Shown here piece by piece: positions 1 to 11,372 of a stretch of 64,000 bases of DNA (within the stretch, counting starts at the first letter, position 1; each line of letters opens with the position of its first letter). A program made the position numbers and the translations under genes. The notes below the pieces were generated by a model. That model was not told the DNA's origin. It saw only the letters and a list, made by a program, of their open reading frames with translations, and made no database searches. Origin of the DNA: Octopus vulgaris. Taxonomy: Eukaryota. The stretch lies in assembly GCA_951406725.2 (NCBI GenBank), contig OX597814.1:184760001-184824000 (forward strand), given 5' to 3'.

Positions 1-171
1 CATATTGTTGTTGCATGTAAGTATAAAACGTCCTTTTTTTTCCTGCCTGCCTACCATTACTACAGACAAGCTTCCAAAATACTTTTAAAACTCCCCATCT
101 AAGAATTTCAAACCTTTATGGAGTGCTTTGTAAAATATGTCTGAAGAGATCAGCGGTCAATAGCAATGACA

Positions 172-174
<3 letters not shown>

Positions 175-241
<67 letters not shown>

Positions 242-265
242 GTAATAATAATATTAATAATAGTA

Positions 266-312
<47 letters not shown>
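175..312. repeat. (AAT)n microsatellite
   Basis: Direct trinucleotide run; explains the poly-Asn ORF 166..363. Confidence 0.95.
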
Positions 313-314
<2 letters not shown>

Positions 315-327
315 TCTCTCCATCCTT

Positions 328-502
328 TCTACTATAGGTTCAAGTCCTGAAATTTTTGGGTGAGACCCTAATCAGTTACATTGACTCCAGTCCTCAATTG
401 GAATATATTGCATTGATCCCGAAAGGATGAAAGACAGAGTTGACCTCGGTAGAATTTGAACTGAGAATGTAAAGGGCCGCTAAGCATTTAGTCCGGTGCT
501 CT
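328..502 (-). mobile_element. SINE family A, degenerate copy
   Basis: gatcccgaaaggatgaaagacagagttgacctcggtagaatttgaact is the reverse complement of the family-A core seen in more than 20 copies in this window. Confidence 0.8.
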
Positions 503-650
503 ATGTAGAAACTGAAAATAGTAATGTTCTCTATAATAATAACTGTTTTCCATATAATGAAAAAATGCAACCAAATACTTAATCCTCCGCTCCCTACCAT
601 GAGTTGCAAATATACACAACACGGTTGCATAGAGTGACTTTTATACAATA

Positions 651-1048
651 CTAGCAGTATCGCCCGGCGTTGCTCGGGTTTGTAAGGGAAATAACTATAT
701 AAGCATTTTTAGAGTTATAGCCCAAAAATAGCAAAAAAAAAATGCATTAAAAATGGAAAAACAATGATGATAAATTTTTTTTTAAATCGTTGACTCATCG
801 TAGACATTTTTAGAGAGTTACTTCCCTTATATAATAGCGAAAAAAATGCATTAAAATGGAAAAAAATGATGGTAATTTTTTTTTAATCGTAGACTCATCG
901 TAGACGCGCGCTAATACCCAGAAGGGCTCGATATGAATCACGACTATAAGATACCCGGTTTTGGTTAAACTGCACCGCAAAATGTGGGAGTAGTTAGGAA
1001 TCTAAATCGTAGGAGACAGACACACAACTTTAGTTTTATATATAAAGA
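651..1048 (-). mobile_element. Non-autonomous Helitron (~398 bp)
   Basis: On the minus strand: 5' TC terminus (TCTTTATATATAAAA from 1048), GC-rich subterminal hairpin cccgagcaacgccggg (663-678), 3' CTAG (651-654), inserted between A and T with no TSD. Internal ~65-bp duplication (739-806, 840-905). Confidence 0.8.
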
Positions 1049-1399
1049 TAAATCACGAAAGCAAAACAACAACCTACACATGGTCAAACTCTCAGAGTTG
1101 GGCTCCATAATGCATTAAAAGCAAAGCAATAAAACAAGCCTACTGTAAAAATATAAGATAATAAACATAATATAACACGTAGGAAAGTGAAAACCTACAG
1201 AAACAATGCAAGAATAAGCAACGACTGAACAATGGTAATGAATAAAGATTACAAGATTTAGAAGGCTCAAATATATCGGTGGGAGAACATAAATGGATTA
1301 ATAGAGTAATATGAAAGTGATATAGGGCCAAAATGCCATCATTAATAGAAATAAGGAAAAGAGCAAAATATTCTAAGCAATAAGATATGTTAATAACAT

Positions 1400-1900
1400 T
1401 ATGAAAAAGATGTAAATAAATATCACTGATACCAATGACCTGTTATAGAGAAGAGCCATTCTTGTCTCAGAAATAGCAGATGGTGACTTGAACATAAAAG
1501 GTAAATTGAATAGGGATATTGTGGAATAAAAGAGATTGGAAGGACAAGAAAACCGCATAAAAGACTTGAGACAGGCTTTTCAATTTCCGAAAAGACATAC
1601 CATAAACAAGATTTATGAAGTAATACAATTATACAATTATGAATAACAAAAGAAAAATGATCTGAGTAACGGAATTGTTCTGAAAGGCAACAATGAAATG
1701 AAATGTCAGCTGCGGGGGGGGGGGGGAATCAGAACTACGGCTCTGAGCTAACATATAGAGTGACAAACTGGAACATAAAAGAAATGCAAATTGATTATTA
1801 TAGCTATGCATAGAAGGTTTTTGAAACAAAAGAACGTCAGATCACACACATTTTAACAAAAGAAAAGAATGTGATGAAGCTACAGGAGATACAAAAGAAA
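1400..1900 (+). pseudogene. Highly decayed R4/Dong-like LINE fragment
   Basis: Broken translation INITDTNDLL*RRAILVSE...KRLEGQE...KDLRQ resembles the N-terminal region of the element at 29.8-30.2 kb; many stops and frameshifts. Confidence 0.35.
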
Positions 1901-2204
1901 TTTTAAGACTTTTGACTTTAAAAAAAATTTCTCTATGTTGCTATTACCCAGGACTTTGCTCATTGCTAAACAGATGTATCATCATTGATGAGAAAAATGT
2001 TCAAATACAGGCTAACACAAAAGAAATTAAAATCGGCAGTTACAGGCTAACATATGTGTGCTGCCCCTGTGGAATCAACAAAAACGCAGTTAGGATACAT
2101 TTTATTTTTTACCAGAAACGAAATGTATCTAGAGAATACGGCGAAAGATAATTTAGGCGTAAGAGAGGTGAACGATTGTACGTAGAGAGATAATTATTAT
2201 ATAT

Positions 2205-2431
2205 ATTCCTTTACTACCCACAAGGGGCTAAACACAGAGGGGACAAACAAGGACAGACAAAGGGATTAAGTCGATTATATCGACCCCAGTGCGAAACTGG
2301 TACTTATTTAATGGACCCCGAAAGGATGAAAGGCAAAGTCGACCTCGGCGGAATTTGAACCCAGAACGTAACGGCAGACGAAATACGGCTACGCATTTCG
2401 CCCGGCGTGCTAACGTTTGTGCCAGCTCGGC
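2205..2431 (-). mobile_element. SINE family A (tail type A1), full length
   Basis: tRNA-like head with B-box-like gagttcaaattcc/gggttcaaattcc, central gcctttcatcctttcggggtc...aagtaccag (Meta/MESC-like domain), tail ...gccccttgtgggtagtaaag. Confidence 0.9.
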
Positions 2432-2647
2432 AAAGGAAAGCTTGTGGGATTAAGGAGCTCAGCCCCACTGGAGGGTACACTTGACAAATGTCATCTGCTA
2501 GAGTCCCGAGACCACTAATGCCATATGAGTAAATGTGGAAGACTGAACTGTGTGGAAGCCGTTGTGTATATGTGTATATACGCGTGTGTCTTTGTGTTTT
2601 TCCCCATATTACTGCTTGACAACCGATACGGTTGTGCTCTCTCCTTG

Positions 2648-3068
2648 TGAAAGCGCATGGTTCAGTGGTTTGAGTATCGGGCTCACAATCATGACGTAGT
2701 GAGTTCGATTACCGGACCGGGCTGTGTTGTGTTCTTGAGCAAGACACTTTGTTTCACATTGCTCCAGTTTACTCAGCTGTAGAAATGAGTCGCTACATCA
2801 CTAGTGCCAAGCTGTATTGGTGCTTGTCTTTCTCTTTCTTTACTGCTCACAAGGGGACAAACAAGGACAGACAAACAAGGGGACAAACAAGGACAGACAA
2901 ACGGACTTGCCTTTCCGTTGGATAACATCAGTGGCTTGAAGAGGGAAGGCCGGAATGCATAGGCGACTGCTGGTCTTCCATAAACAAACTTGCCCTGACT
3001 TATCCCTCGGAAGAGAACTTTCTAGGTGAAATCACATGGTCATTCATGACCGAAGGGGGGTCTTTCTT
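2648..3068 (+). mobile_element. SINE family C (tRNA head, CORE/V-like middle, tail ending catgaccgaagggggtcttt), nested in a degenerate family-B copy
   Basis: A-box tggttcagtgg, B-box gagttcgattacc, ttcttgagcaagacact; the same tail recurs at 22285-22380 (-) and 45955-46180 (-); a family-A tail fragment is inserted at 2834-2906. Confidence 0.8.
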
Positions 3069-3204
3069 TAATACTGTTGTGTCTTCTCCCTAATTTTGTG
3101 GTTCCTCAAAAGAAACGATAGAATAAGTACCAGAGCCACAAATAAGCACTGGGATCGATTTATTACTATGTCTTCCTCCTAGCTATAAGTCTATTTTCAA
3201 CCCT

Positions 3205-3235
3205 TAGTCTGATGAGCAATGCGAAACCTGTTCTT
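3205..3235 (+). ncRNA. Minimal hammerhead ribozyme-like motif
   Basis: CTGATGA(3209-3215)-GC aat GC-GAAA(3223-3226)-cctg-TT; exact core, but stem I is not evident. Confidence 0.4.
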
Positions 3236-4542
3236 ATTTTAATTATGTTCAAAGAACAAAATCTTATTTTGTACAAAATTATATAATATATTTATTGCTA
3301 TGACTCTAACATACTCCTTAATACTGTAAAACAAATCTGTTATTTTTCATCTTTTCTCTTTGTGTTTGTGCGTGTATGTGTATGTGTGTGTGTGCATGTG
3401 TGTGTGTAAATGTGTATTATGTATGCTCGTGTGTATATCTTTTTTTATTTTTTTAATTATTATATCTCTTCCACCGAGGAGGGAGCCAGTTTCCAACATG
3501 GATACAAGGCTCCATCTTTGGGATATAGCTAACGCAGAAAAATTCCCATTTGAGAAAAGTCTATGTATGTATGTATGTATGTATGTATGTATGTATGTAT
3601 GTATGTATGTATGTATGTATGTATGTATGTATGCATGCATACATGTATGTATGTATAGGTTACGGGATTTCGAGCCGGCTGTGTCTCTTCTATTAAAATT
3701 ATTTCCATATCATTTAATGTAAACTAGAATTGTGGTTTATGTTTATAGAATTCAGAAATTCAGCAAATACAATATTGATGCGTTCTGTTGTCTGCCATAT
3801 CGATAAAAATTCATCGTGTGTACAAAGAACAGAACTAAATCAATGTTTCTTTTTAAGTGCAAATGATTTCCCCATCAATACAAACGAAAGAAAAACACAG
3901 AAAAATCAACAAAGAGTATGTATTCTAAAATTACAATTTGAGCGACGACAACAGAATAGTATCTGAAGAAAATATAACTGTAGTTTCGCGCAGGTCGAAT
4001 GTCAGCATATATGCTTGTTCGCTGTATAAAACTACTTAAAGCAGATATCCAACAATACAAAATTGAAAGACCACCTGAACATGGCACAAGGTACTGTAGC
4101 AAACTTCATATCTCATCATCTATGTTCCTGGTTACAAAGCTACAAAAGCATCAATGAAAATTCAAAATCAATAAGATCGGAGGGAGGATGGGTTTAGGCG
4201 ATGCAGCAAAATCCGAAAGGAAGCTGTGAAGCCGACTGTCGTTTTGACCACGAGGAGAAGCAGGCAGCTCAGTGTTCGAAAATTGTGGAGAAGAAGCATC
4301 GATAGTTTATGCTCCATTGGGTGCGAGGCTGCGAGATCTTAAATAAGTAAGCAGTAACAAACCAAATTTTATTTACCCGGCACCAACTATGATCAACAAA
4401 ATAATTTACTGTCATATACTATGAGATTGGAAAATGAAGATATCGCACCGTATTCAAATTGTCAAACTGTACTCTGCACAAGACAGTACGTTGCCGTCTT
4501 GTACTTGGCCAAGGTATCCCACAGTGGTTTTATAAACCAGGA

Positions 4543-4780
4543 GGGCGGCGAGCTGGGAGTAACGTTAGCACGCCGGGCGAAATGTGTAGCCGTATTTCGT
4601 CTGCCGTTACGTTCTGAGTTCAAATTCCGCCGAGGTCGACTTTACCTTTCATCCTTTCGGGGTCGATAAATAAAGTACCAGTTATGCACTAGGGTCGATA
4701 TAATCAACTTAAACCCGTTTGTCTGTCCTTGTTTGTCCCCTCTCTGTGTAGCCCCTTGTGGGTAGTAAAGAAATAGGTAT
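4543..4780 (+). mobile_element. SINE family A (A1), full length
   Basis: ggcggcgagctgg...gagttcaaattccgccgaggtcgac...gtgggtagtaaagaaataggtat. Confidence 0.9.
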
Positions 4781-5437
4781 TATAAACCCGGAACCCTATG
4801 ATTGGTAAGTAACCTTTTTACCACACATCCACACATGTGCCTAAGTACATGTACATATATATTCACATAGAACGCAATAACATATGACATGTCTTTAAAA
4901 TCATTTCAGTTTACACATATATGTAGGTGCAGGTAGAGCTAGGTGGTTAGGAACCTCGCTTTCCAATCGCGATATTTTGGGCAAGTACGTTGCTCAAGTG
5001 GGCAATACAGTTAGTTCTCAGTTAAGGGAAGACATAACTGGAGAAGGTGTATTAGCAGATACGCTTAACGCGCCTCGTTGTTCAAGTGACCGACACGTGT
5101 GCTATAAGATTGCTCGATCATTGCTGACGTGGAGCTACACAGCAACAGAACAACAACACGATCAGGAAAAATATAAGTTAATTCTAAAAGAACTTTTACC
5201 GCTTTTCTGTCATTGAAGCGTGACTCATCGTTTCGTCTCAGCCACGCGTGTACCAACGCACACAGGATACACCGTGGCAAAAATACATAACACTAGTAAA
5301 AAGACATACACGTACACACACTCACATATAACCCAACATACGTACACACACATAGCATTACATACATACATACATACAAAAATACATACATACATACATA
5401 ATGCGGCACAACAGGCACAGAAATATTTTTGGATAGG

Positions 5438-5769
5438 AGAAAAAAGTAGAGGAGAGTGAGCGTATGTACGTGTCTGGTAGGCAGAGCGTGTAGAAATAGC
5501 TTTGACTCGTGATCTTTGTGTCAAATGTCAAAAGTAAGACATCAGCTGTTCTTTTAAGTCAACAAATGTCAACCCATTATTCCATCCAACAAACACCGAC
5601 CCCCGCGTCAGTATTCCACTCATCACACCAATTCCATCATCTCCACCAACACATCATCGCCTTAACACCACCACAACTTAATTCTTCACTGACTCACTCA
5701 CATATTTCAAAATTGTTCATTTTGTTTGTGGAGGGTTTGTGTAAAAGCACATAGAAGTGTTTGATTGTA

Positions 5770-5800
<31 letters not shown>

Positions 5801-6056
5801 TTATATATATGTATATGTATATATGTATATATATGTATATATGTGTATATATGTAGAAAAAAGTAGAGAAGAGTGAGCGTATGTACGTGTCTGGTAGGCA
5901 GAGCGTGTAGAAATAGCTTTGACTCGTGATCTTTGTGTCAAATGTCAAAAGTAAGACATCAGCTGTTCTTTTAAGTCAACAAATGTCAACCCATTATTCC
6001 ATCCAACAAACACCGACCCCCGCGTCAGTATACCACTCATCACGCCAATTCCATCA

Positions 6057-6153
<97 letters not shown>

Positions 6154-6183
6154 TGTAAAAGCACATAGAAGTGTTTGATAGTA

Positions 6184-6200
<17 letters not shown>
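5438..6200. repeat. Tandem duplication, ~417-bp period
   Basis: agaaaaaagtagag...ccatcatct and tgtaaaagcacatagaagtgtttga are present twice (from 5438 and 5855); the ORF track shows twin peptides [12 protein letters not shown]...CKST. Confidence 0.9.
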
Positions 6201-6214
<14 letters not shown>

Positions 6215-6253
6215 GTATATATGTATATATATGTATATATGTGTATATATGTA

Positions 6254-6306
<53 letters not shown>

Positions 6307-6474
6307 ATATATATAATATATATGTATATATGTATATATATATTATGTATATATATATTATATATATAATATATGTATATATATAATATATGTGTGTGGG
6401 TGTGTATGCATGTGTGTCTGTGTGTATGTGTATATATTAATAAATAAATAAATGTATATTTTATTTATTTACTA

Positions 6475-6507
<33 letters not shown>

Positions 6508-6864
6508 TGTATGTTTATATAAGTGTGTATTTACATATATAAAACATGATTATATTTTATGTGTGTATGTGTGTCGGTTGTGTGAGTGTGTCTGTTTGTA
6601 TCTATGTACGTATGAGTGTTTTCATATATGTATGCGTGTGTGTATGCATGTATATTGCGGAGATATACAAAAGCGGAAAGTGTAATCAATTAATATAATA
6701 CGGTTCACCTTCGGTTCCAGAGTTATTGCTCATTCTATCTTTCCGACTTGTTTGCACTGCGATCATTCAACGTTCAATCAATTGAAAGATCATGCACAGC
6801 GAGAAACACTGACGAATATACTTACTTAGAAATATACATCCTGGTGAGCTCGCATTAATTTTAT

Positions 6865-7025
6865 AGGTGCAGGAGTTGCTGTGTGGTAAGTAGCTTGCTT
6901 ACCAACCACATGGTTCCGAGTTCAGTCCCACTGCATGGCATCTTGGGCAAGTGTCTTCTGCTATAGCCCCGGGCCGACCAATGCCTTGTGAGTGGATTTG
7001 GTAGACGGAAACTGAAAGAAGCCTG

Positions 7026-7096
<71 letters not shown>

Positions 7097-7340
7097 TTTA
7101 TATATGTATGTGTGTATGTGTGTGTGTGTTTGTGTGTCTGTGTTTGTCTCCCTAGCATTGCTTGACAACCGCTGCTGGTGTGTTTACGCCCCCGTAACTT
7201 AGCGGTTCGGCAAAAGAGACCGATAGAATAAGTACTGGGCTTACAAAAGAATAAGTCCCGGGGTCGAGTTGCTCGATTAAAGGTGGTGCTCCAGCATGGC
7301 CGCAGTCAAATGACTGAAACAAGTAAAAAAGTAAAAGAGT
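6865..7340 (+). mobile_element. SINE family B (tRNA head, CORE-like ttgggcaagtgtctt, internal TA/TG tract), full length
   Basis: ggtgcaggagttgctgtgtggtaag...gagttcagtccc...(TA)n...ggtgctccagcatggccgcagtcaaatgactgaaacaagtaaaa; about 10 homologous copies in the window. Confidence 0.9.
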
Positions 7341-7350
7341 ATACAAACAA

Positions 7351-7383
<33 letters not shown>

Positions 7384-7438
7384 CGCGCGCACGCACATGC
7401 ACACCCACATACACGCACATACACACACACATATATAT

Positions 7439-7598
7439 GTAGACGAATCAGGGACAACTGAAGAAGGGGAAAATTCATTGTGTTGTATGTCTCTGTGTAT
7501 TTTCGTTGCTTGAAAAAAAGTTCGTTTCCATATTTTTGTTTTATGATTTCGTTTCTCATTTTGTTCAACGTTTTCTTGATGTCCTGTACCCATATATG
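7439..7598 (+). mobile_element. Short TA-flanked PLE-like terminal fragment
   Basis: Lies between TA tracts; contains CTGAAGA (7458-7464); ends gtcctgtacccatatatgc like the element at 45140-45385. Confidence 0.5.
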
Positions 7599-7946
7599 CT
7601 TATATATATATATATACATATAAATGTAGTTATGTACATATATGTATGTATATATGCATATATTTATATATTATTTACTGCTATTTCCGCCGCTGGTCAT
7701 TTCCCCAACTTCAGCCAACGAATCTAGTCAACACACAAGACAGCTATTATGCACACCCCACACAAAAAAACCACCACGTGGACTCTGTTGAGACTAGTAA
7801 GAAACAATTATGAACTTTTTTATTACACTTATATTTTTAAAATACTTTTGATAAGGTTGGTTTTTTCAAGAAAAACCGCAACATAAAAATTAAAATTTAT
7901 CCTATATAGTGGCGTTTTCAAACTTCTTTTTATAAATATTTACACA

Positions 7947-8027
<81 letters not shown>

Positions 8028-8034
8028 ATATATA

Positions 8035-8091
8035 TGGTTAGGATTTCTGGATTTCACCCAAGCAGTTCGAGTTTGATTCCCGGCATGGGAA
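8035..8091 (+). pseudogene. tRNA-Glu(TTC) pseudogene, 5'-truncated
   Basis: tggttaggatttctggatTTCacccaagcagttcgagtttgattcccggcatgggaa aligns to metazoan tRNA-Glu (GGTTAGGATTCCTGGTTTTCACCCAGGCGGCCCGGGTTCGACTCCCGGTATGGGAA); acceptor 5' strand is missing and the T-loop is mutated. Confidence 0.75.
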
Positions 8092-8100
8092 CGCCTTCTT

Positions 8101-8292
8101 TAGGGGCAGGAGTTGGTGTGTGGTAAGTAGCTTCAGTGTTTCCCGTACCTCAATGTTTCGGCAAAAGAGATCAACAGAATAAGTTCTAGGTTTTAAGAAA
8201 TAAGCCTTGGTGTCGATTCATTCGACTAAAAACTTTTGAAGGTGGTGCTCCAGCATGGCCGCAGTAAAATGACTGAAACAAGTAAAATATAA
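8101..8292 (+). mobile_element. SINE family B, internally deleted
   Basis: Family-B head start is joined directly to the family-B 3' half. Confidence 0.75.
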
Positions 8293-8319
8293 GTATAAAA
8301 TTGTCTGTGTATGCGTGTG

Positions 8320-8940
8320 TGTATGTGTGCTATGTGTGTGTGAGTTTGTGCATTTATGCAATATGTGTGTGCATTTATGTGTGTGTGTGAGTTTGTACTT
8401 TTGTGCATGTGCGTGTGGGTTTGTGTGTGTGGGTTTATGTGTGTGTGAGTTTGTGCTTTTGTGCATTTGTGTGAGTTTGTGCTTTTGTGCATGTGTGTGT
8501 AGGTTTCTGTGTGTGTGAGTTTGTGCTTTTATGCATGTGTGTGTGTTTGTGTGCGTGAGTTTGTGCTTTTGTGCATGTGTGGTATGTGTTTGTGTGTGTG
8601 TGAGTTTGTGCTTTTGTGCATGTGTGTGTATGTATGTGCGTGACTTTGTGCTTTTGTGCATAAGTATGTATTTGTGTGTATGTGAGTTTGTGCTTTTCTG
8701 CATGTGTGTGTGTGAGTTTGTACTTTTGTGCATGTGTGTGTGTTTGTGTGTGAGTTTGTGTCTTTGTGCATGTGTGTGTGCGAGTTTCTGCATTTGTGCA
8801 TGTGTGTGTGTTTGTGTGTGTGTGCGTAAATTTGTGCTTTTGTGCATGCATGTGTGTTTGTGTGTGCGTGTGTTTGTGCTTCTGTGCATGTATGTGTGCA
8901 TGTGCATGTGCGTGAGTTTGTGCTTTTGTGCATGTGTGTA
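8320..8940. repeat. Minisatellite, unit ~(gt)n-gagtttgtgcttttgtgcat
   Basis: Roughly 15 imperfect copies of a ~20-bp motif separated by variable GT runs. Confidence 0.9.
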
Positions 8941-9351
8941 CGTATACGCGCATGCGCCTATGTGTATATTACATATTTATGCTCAACACTGATCGTTTAG
9001 CATTTCTAGATAATAGGTATTAGTTATCGATGAGTAATTTATAGCGAATGATATTTTTTCCATGAAGCACAAGACCGAATTCTAAAGGGAGGCTGTAATA
9101 TGCAATGTAATCGATCTTGTTACTTTACGGGTATTTAACTTATCTACCCAGAAAGAGAAACGCAGGAAATTCAATTCCATCAGGAGTTGGATATTGGTTT
9201 ATGGTCTTTGGATAAATCTTAGTGTCATAATTACTGATCATCACCATGGGAAACATGATTATCAAGATCCTCCAACTCCTCCTCCTCCTCCTCCACCTCA
9301 TCATCATCATCATCATCAATCACCATCACTATCATCATCAACAACAGCAGC

Positions 9352-9857
9352 AGTGGAGGCGCAATGGCCCAGTGGTTAGGGCAGCGGACTCGCGGGCCTA
9401 AAAACGCGGTTTCGATTCCCAGACCGGGCATTGTGAGTGTTTATTGAGCAAAAACACCAAAGCTCCACGAGACTCCGGCGAGGGAGGGTTGTGAAGCCCG
9501 CTGTACTCTTTCACAACAATTTTCTCTCACTCTTTCTTCCTACTTCTGCCACATAGCAGAGGAACCATGGTGTAACCCACTATGGTGTGGTAAATTTTCA
9601 GACCCTAGTCTAGATTGCGAATCCTCTGTACCCGAGGATGGTTCAGATCTCCACCCGTTGAAAGCTACCATTTACGGAATGACGATAATAACGTAGCTTT
9701 AGCGCCCGTGCAACCGCCAGTCTATGGCGTGTGGTGGGTGAATCTTCAAGTTGCCACACGCATTTTTAGTAGCTTAGAGTAGGCTCGAATTAGAGATTAT
9801 TCTTTGAGACTAATGGCGTGAGTCCTGATCGGAAGAAGAAGAAGAAGAAGAAGAAGA
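9352..9857 (+). mobile_element. SINE family D1 (~480 bp, tRNA head, (GAA)n tail)
   Basis: A-box tggcccagtggttag, B-box gtttcgattccc; colinear second copy at 15214-15698. Confidence 0.85.
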
Positions 9858-10304
9858 GCATTTTCGTCGTGGTTATACAAAGACTGCGTATTCACTTATA
9901 TTTATCTTATACCAAAGAAACTCTGCGAATACCTTTACCCTTTATCACCGTTGTCATCTCAACTCCTTGCTTCTTTAATATAGTGTCCGACTATTGAAGG
10001 AACCCTATCTTTCCATTTCTGTCCATTTTGGTGGTGGTGGTGATGGTGGTGGTGGTGGTGGTGGTGTGGCGGCGGCGGCGGCGTTTTTGTTATTATTATT
10101 TTTACTATTATTAAATGCAAAGTCACAGCTTATTTTGCTGGGTACGACGGAAAATGTCAGCTGTCCACAGCTTGTTTAGGTGACACTTGTTTACAGGTCA
10201 TGCTTCAAGAATCCTGTGAAGAATACTTGCAGTTCCGAGCAATGCTAATTTTTGTATGTATTCTACCTTCACCCTTACACCAATGTTTTGTAGCCATGTT
10301 GGTA

Positions 10305-10737
10305 GTTGAGTGGGGTAAATATACGAAACCCAGTATACCCATTATTACTACCTGTCTGATATGGGTACACCAGTCACATGCATCACGACCATATGTCCGC
10401 GACATGGTGATCTCATATCAAGATAAACAGCGCATGACCTTACAGGTGGGTCCCAGTTAGAATTTTCTTCAGGTTGAGTAGCCCATCCCACTCAAAAGGT
10501 CCCTGAATAAGGGTCGCTTAAGGATGTCGAACGAAACACCCATGTTTCCAAAGGTTAATTATTCAAACCCCATAGAATTCCTCTTGACACATGGCTATGA
10601 TGCTCCCTCACTACTTCTGCTCGTGATCAGAGATGCAAATATTATCAGCCACTAAGATACATGCTCAACTGGTTAAGGTCAAGCAACTGAGCCCATTTTT
10701 TATACCAAGACAAAATCATGTACATGATAACATTTCC
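10305..10737. mobile_element. Interspersed repeat family E
   Basis: Colinear with copies at 32090-32565 and 32625-33148. Confidence 0.8.
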
Positions 10738-10752
10738 GGATTGGAAGTGTTA

Positions 10753-11115
10753 AGGCGGTGAGCTGGCAGGATCGTTAGAATACCGGGCGGAATTCTTAGC
10801 GGTATTTCGTCTGTCATTACACTCTGAGTTCAAATTCCGTCGAGGTCGACTTTGCCTTTCATCCTTTCGGGGTCGATTAAATAAGTACCAGTTACGCACT
10901 GGGGTCGATATAATCGACTTAATCCGTTTGTCTATCCTTGTTTGTCCTCCCTGTGTTTAGCCCCTTGTGGGTAGTAAAGAAATAAGTATTTCGTTTGGTC
11001 GACTTTTCCTGTCATCCTTTCGGAGTCGATACAATAAGTACCAGTTAAGTACTGGGCTCAACGTAATCAACTTACCCTCCACTAACATTTCAAGCCTTTT
11101 TCCTATAGTAGAAAT
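10753..11115 (+). mobile_element. SINE family A dimer (A1 unit plus headless unit with A2 tail)
   Basis: The first unit ends aaagaaataagtatttcg and runs into a second core with the alternative tail ...cctatagtagaaataat. Confidence 0.85.
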
Positions 11116-11123
11116 AATAATAA

Positions 11124-11172
<49 letters not shown>

Positions 11173-11372
11173 CATTATTATTATTATCATTATTATTATT
11201 ATCATTATTATTATTATTATCATTATCATTATTATTATTATCATTATTATTATCATTGTTATTATTATTATTGTTGTTGTTATATTATTATTATAATTAT
11301 TATTGTTATTATTATTATTATTGTTATTATTGTTGTTGTTGTTGCTGTTGCTGCTGCTGCTGCTGCTGTTGT
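11113..11372. repeat. Compound (ATT)/(GTT)/(GCT) microsatellite
   Basis: Direct. Confidence 0.95.

Noticed and set aside
5218-5247. Minus-strand gcgtggCTGAgacGAAAcgatgagtcacgc as a hammerhead
   Set aside because: The core lacks NGA and has no stem II; it is only a small hairpin.
8218-8992. Overlapping His/Thr/Cys/Val-rich ORFs
   Set aside because: They are translations of a minisatellite.
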